DNA from: Klebsormidium nitens
Lineage: Eukaryota; Plantae; Klebsormidiophyceae
Direction: 5' to 3'
Assembly (NCBI GenBank): GCA_000708835.1
Contig: DF237513.1
Coordinates: forward strand, 1 to 58,155
Length of the DNA stretch: 58,155 bases
The position numbers and the translations under genes are program-made. Shown piece by piece: positions 54,601-58,155 of this stretch. Positions within the stretch are counted from its first letter, which is position 1. Every line of letters begins with the position of its first letter. The notes under the pieces were generated by a model, which was given only the letters and a program-made list of their open reading frames with translations, was not told the DNA's origin and did no database searches.

Positions 54601-56565
54601 ACCAAAAAAGTCCGAATAAATACAGATTGGAACCCACTCATTGATCTTGGACGTCTACGACCGTACCCAACTTATAAGCAGGAGCAATCACAGTCTTAAC
54701 AAAGTGAGGCTAAGACAGAAAGTGAAGTGGACTCGATGTGCCCCCAAGATTCTCACCTGGCCAAGATCGCTGCTTCGTAAGGGTCGGACATCAGATCAAA
54801 CCCAACAGGAATGTTCTTGTTTTCTCTGCTCTGTACATTTACAAGGGCACACATTAGGATGCAGCCATTGGAAATGTCTGTCGAAAGGAAAATGGCTGAG
54901 CCTGAAAGTTGCGATAGCGCATATAAACAAGCATAAGCCCATCCGGTAAAAACGAGCAAGCTAATAAGACCATAGAAGCTGGAGCTGAATCAGGACTACA
55001 TTGGCTGCGGAGGCGAGAGCAATGAGATCTCACATTGAAAAACTGAACAATACCATACTGTTCCGCAGGCTGTCTTGGCAAATAGCCAAACTTGCCCGGG
55101 GCGCTTGAGGGCGTAAATTCTGCAGAAAAAAGCCTTGTTAAAAAAGTGACTGTCTGAGTAGGATATTGGACGTCTCAATATGTCACAGGCACTGTGACAA
55201 GCTGTGTCCTGATCACTGGGGACCAGCTTTGAAGGGGGTAGAATTGAAGTACCACAGTTTAGCAATGGCAACGGCGACACTCCCAACACATTAGCCTACT
55301 GGACCACCATTTTTCTGGGTTCTGTGCTAGCAAGTCTATCCTGGCTCACCCGTGAAGTTTACGCCTAATTGCTGTTCGACCTGCACAGACAAAGAAAACC
55401 AATGAACATCTTGGAGGTCCGGAGGTCCAAATCTGCAGAGATAACCTTCATCAAAACCAAATCAACGGCAAGATTTGGCATCTTGGAACTTGCCAGCGAA
55501 GTCTGGAGCAATAGAAGGCCTACTTGCTGAACAAAACGCTGAAGGCATCACTGACCTGCGTACGATCTGCAGCGCGAACAGCCTTGACGTAGATTACATT
55601 GTTCAGAAGGGGGCGCTGAAATGAGGTCGCAATAGCAAAGTTGGTGAAGCTTGTCAAGTTAACGGTTCCAGGAGCAGATTGTATGAACCCAATGAAAATC
55701 CGGGCAGCTGCAATCTGGGCCTGGAGTGACATCTGCACAGACCAAGAGCATCAATTAGTATGTTGTCTTTGTCAGAAGGCCTGCGATGATTCATCAAGCG
55801 CATCCAGGAAACCTGCATCTTATTTTGCCATCAGGTTGCAGCTGAGGCGACAGCATTTTCAGCCGGTGGCCCCTCTCTCCAATCCTTCTTCCTGGATTGA
55901 ATCAACTTCTTTTCAGTCATGCTATCTAGGAGCACAGAAGGCTTCTCCCAATCGACCACAAAATGAGGGCTGCTGTTCTGACCCCCGAGGTCCACATATG
56001 GCGAGGTTCACCTCAAATCGTGCCGCCACATCCCCGCACGATTGCGTAAGGGTTTTGTACGATGCCTGCTTGTCCAGGGAAAAGACTAGATAGAACGTCA
56101 ATCCAGCAAGTCCCAGCGCCACGATGCACCAGAAGTAGAGAAAGTATCGGAGGTAAGACTTTTTGGAGCTCCAGAATCTGTTCCAAAAGCCCCGCTTTGG
56201 CACATCGTGCGCTTCCAAACTGCAAACAAAGCAGACAATAAGTAAGGCACTGCACCATGGGGCCTATGGATTGTCCCTCGGTGAAACTCGCATGAGAAGA
56301 TGGCTTCCAAACAATGAGTGCTTGCACCGAAACAAGTCCAAGCCTTTGCCTGTGTGCCGACATGTAGCGTTCGTAAGAGCCTTCAGCACAGGTCAGGGAG
56401 CACGAATATAAGAAAGAGACATGAGTTGGGAATCTATTGCTCTTTGTGTTGACCGTCATCTGCAGTGTTGCCATTGGAGCAGAAGGTGTACGAGTTGAAT
56501 CAACATTACAGCTTCTTCGTGAAAACACCTCACCTGAACTGTCCATCAGGAGCAGGCTCCGCCAT
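48650..56565 (-). CDS. CHASE-domain hybrid histidine kinase (cytokinin-receptor-like CHK); 22 exons, ~1122 aa
   Basis: Exons run from 56565-56534 to 48799-48650 and sum to 3369 nt. Domain order: TM; CHASE ([32 protein letters not shown]); TM; H-box [15 protein letters not shown]; N-box [21 protein letters not shown]; G1 VEDTGIGI; F/G2 [23 protein letters not shown]; receiver-like domain; receiver ILMDLQMPGMDG..PIVALTA..YLPKP. Start codon is less certain than the rest. Confidence 0.93.
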
Positions 56566-57199
56566 TGCAACGCTAGCTCACACGCCCCGATGTTACGTCA
56601 CATGCAGCTCAGCATTTGTGCTTCTTGAAATTCCAAGCTATACCTCCCAAAATCCACTGTTGTCAAAACCAAAAACACCGTCTAAACCTCCTGGTGACAG
56701 CTGCTCTTGATGTTTTCCGCCACCTCACCAAACCATCAAGCAAGGGTTTTGGCAGCTCTTACACAACGTTGGCCCTAACACAGGCTCTGTTGCTTGCCAT
56801 AATGCCTGACCCTCCCTTCCGTTGCTGCAGGTCGAAAAGTTAGCCTCGTGCTACATTGCCGTTGACCCAAACTGCTGCATAGCCATCGCCCTGCCATCAT
56901 TCGGCAGCTCTGATCTCCAAAGCACCTCTACCTAGGGCCATTCCGTTGCCATTGCCAGCATTGGCATGAGGTTCCAGCATCCGCGTATGATTCTGAACAT
57001 GCTGATTTAACTCTCAATACCACGTTTGCAGCAGCGGCCCCTCCCCAGCCGTCCTCCACGGAAATTTTATCTCGCACAAATCCCAAGCCTTCTGTCAGTG
57101 TAGTAAAGGCCCAAGCCTAAAGCTTCGAGGATCTTGAACAGCCTGCCAGGTTTAGCGGAATAATGGCAGCTGGTTAATTTATCGTGGCTCGAATAACCC

Positions 57200-58155
57200 G
57201 GTCGGTCCCGGGTCCCGTACACCGTGCGGCACTCAGGACTTAGGAGTCGGGAGGCGGGACGCGTGCGTCATGATGCGGCTTCGTTGTTTACGTGACGTCA
57301 TTAAAATAGGTATGAGCCTAATTGAGGTCGATGTTCTGGCACCAGGGTTTCCCACAGCCGGCAAGACAACCTGGACCTGGCCGGCCGAGATGGGGCCCCG
57401 CCCGGTGCCGAAGGCACCCCGCCGGCTGCTCAGCCGTTAGAAACTGCAGGCAGTTCCTGGGCTCGGCCGACCGGTACACCCATTTACCGACTGTCAAGCC
57501 GGAAGAACCGGGGGTTGCCCGGTGCCGGCAGCTGGCCGGCCGGGACAGAAGTCCGTGGGAAACCCTGTGTTCTGCGTTCCCGGGTCTCGATCTTCGTGTA
57601 CCGGTATGGTACCTATCCTGGGATATTGCCTACTTGTAGGGTTAAGTTGCAGACGTAGGATTGACGATGATCGACCGGTGACCAGGTTTTTGAGCCGGGC
57701 TGTTCTCGAAGCTATTCTCGCGTGAAGTCTTTAATTCTGTATCTTCTGGCTAACCCAGTTCCAAATCTGAACCACGGTAGTTACGGTACTCGGGGTACGC
57801 CGCCCGGTAGATCACGATGACGACTGTACCTACTTTCCCGGTACGTAAATATTCATTCAATGATTGCGCCAGCCTGAGGCCATGAAACCCATGCCGGCCC
57901 GCAAATCTTGCGTCGCTTTTGTACGTGTGGTGACGACGTGGCAGGTCGAAACCGTTCTGCTCGCGAGTCAGCCGCCACAGAGCACTCATGCAGAGTCAGT
58001 AGTCAGCACTGATACAGCGATCACACATGACTGAAAACCGACTTCCGTTGGTCTGTTTTCGACGTTTCAGGTCATTCTGGCCGTCGACGGCGGCCAGAAC
58101 TTTTTCGCCATACTTTTGTCGTTGTCGACGGTCGTTGACTTCCGTCCGCCTACGT
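57200..58155. repeat. Non-genic repeat/TE-like region
   Basis: No recognisable protein. CCGG- and GTAC-rich, with composition resembling 1-800. Confidence 0.4.
57343..57567. mobile_element. Candidate hAT-like MITE (225 bp)
   Basis: Perfect 13-bp terminal inverted repeat CAGGGTTTCCCAC / GTGGGAAACCCTG with a CCGG-rich interior. No exact 8-bp TSD, but TGTTCTG occurs on both flanks with a 4-nt offset. Confidence 0.4.

Noticed and set aside
57750-57989. 79-aa ORF in the right flank as a transposase fragment
   Set aside because: No recognisable catalytic motif; cannot be supported without a database search.

Overview
Eukaryotic, intron-rich nuclear DNA of a green plant. The nuclear NdhN, ARC3, CHASE kinase, LHCI gene and very high GC3 point to a streptophyte alga (Klebsormidium-like); this is inference, not proven. 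About 5.1-56.6 kb is a dense block of nine protein-coding genes, which I spliced by hand from GT/GC-AG signals; each multi-exon model sums to a multiple of 3. In order: gyrB(-), ARC3 (FtsZ-like + MORN)(+), LHCI antenna(-), MOR2/PAG1/Furry-like(+), SpoU/MRM1-like rRNA methyltransferase(-), plastid ATP synthase delta(+), NdhN(-), EF-hand ATP-Mg/Pi carrier(+), CHASE hybrid histidine kinase(-). Strands alternate perfectly, giving four head-to-head pairs. Both window ends are non-genic, repeat/TE-like and TpA/GTAC-rich, with MITE-like inverted repeats. One N-gap lies in a gyrB intron and looks like a hairpin-induced assembly artefact. I found no clearly new multi-gene system. The best leads are an ARC3 that keeps FtsZ GTP-binding loops but lacks the T7 catalytic loop, an Lhca2-like antenna with the red-form Asn, an algal CHASE receptor with a partly conserved ligand pocket, strict bidirectional gene pairing with shared site II motifs, exon-scale GC3 mosaicism, and a RIP-like TpA signature in the flanks.
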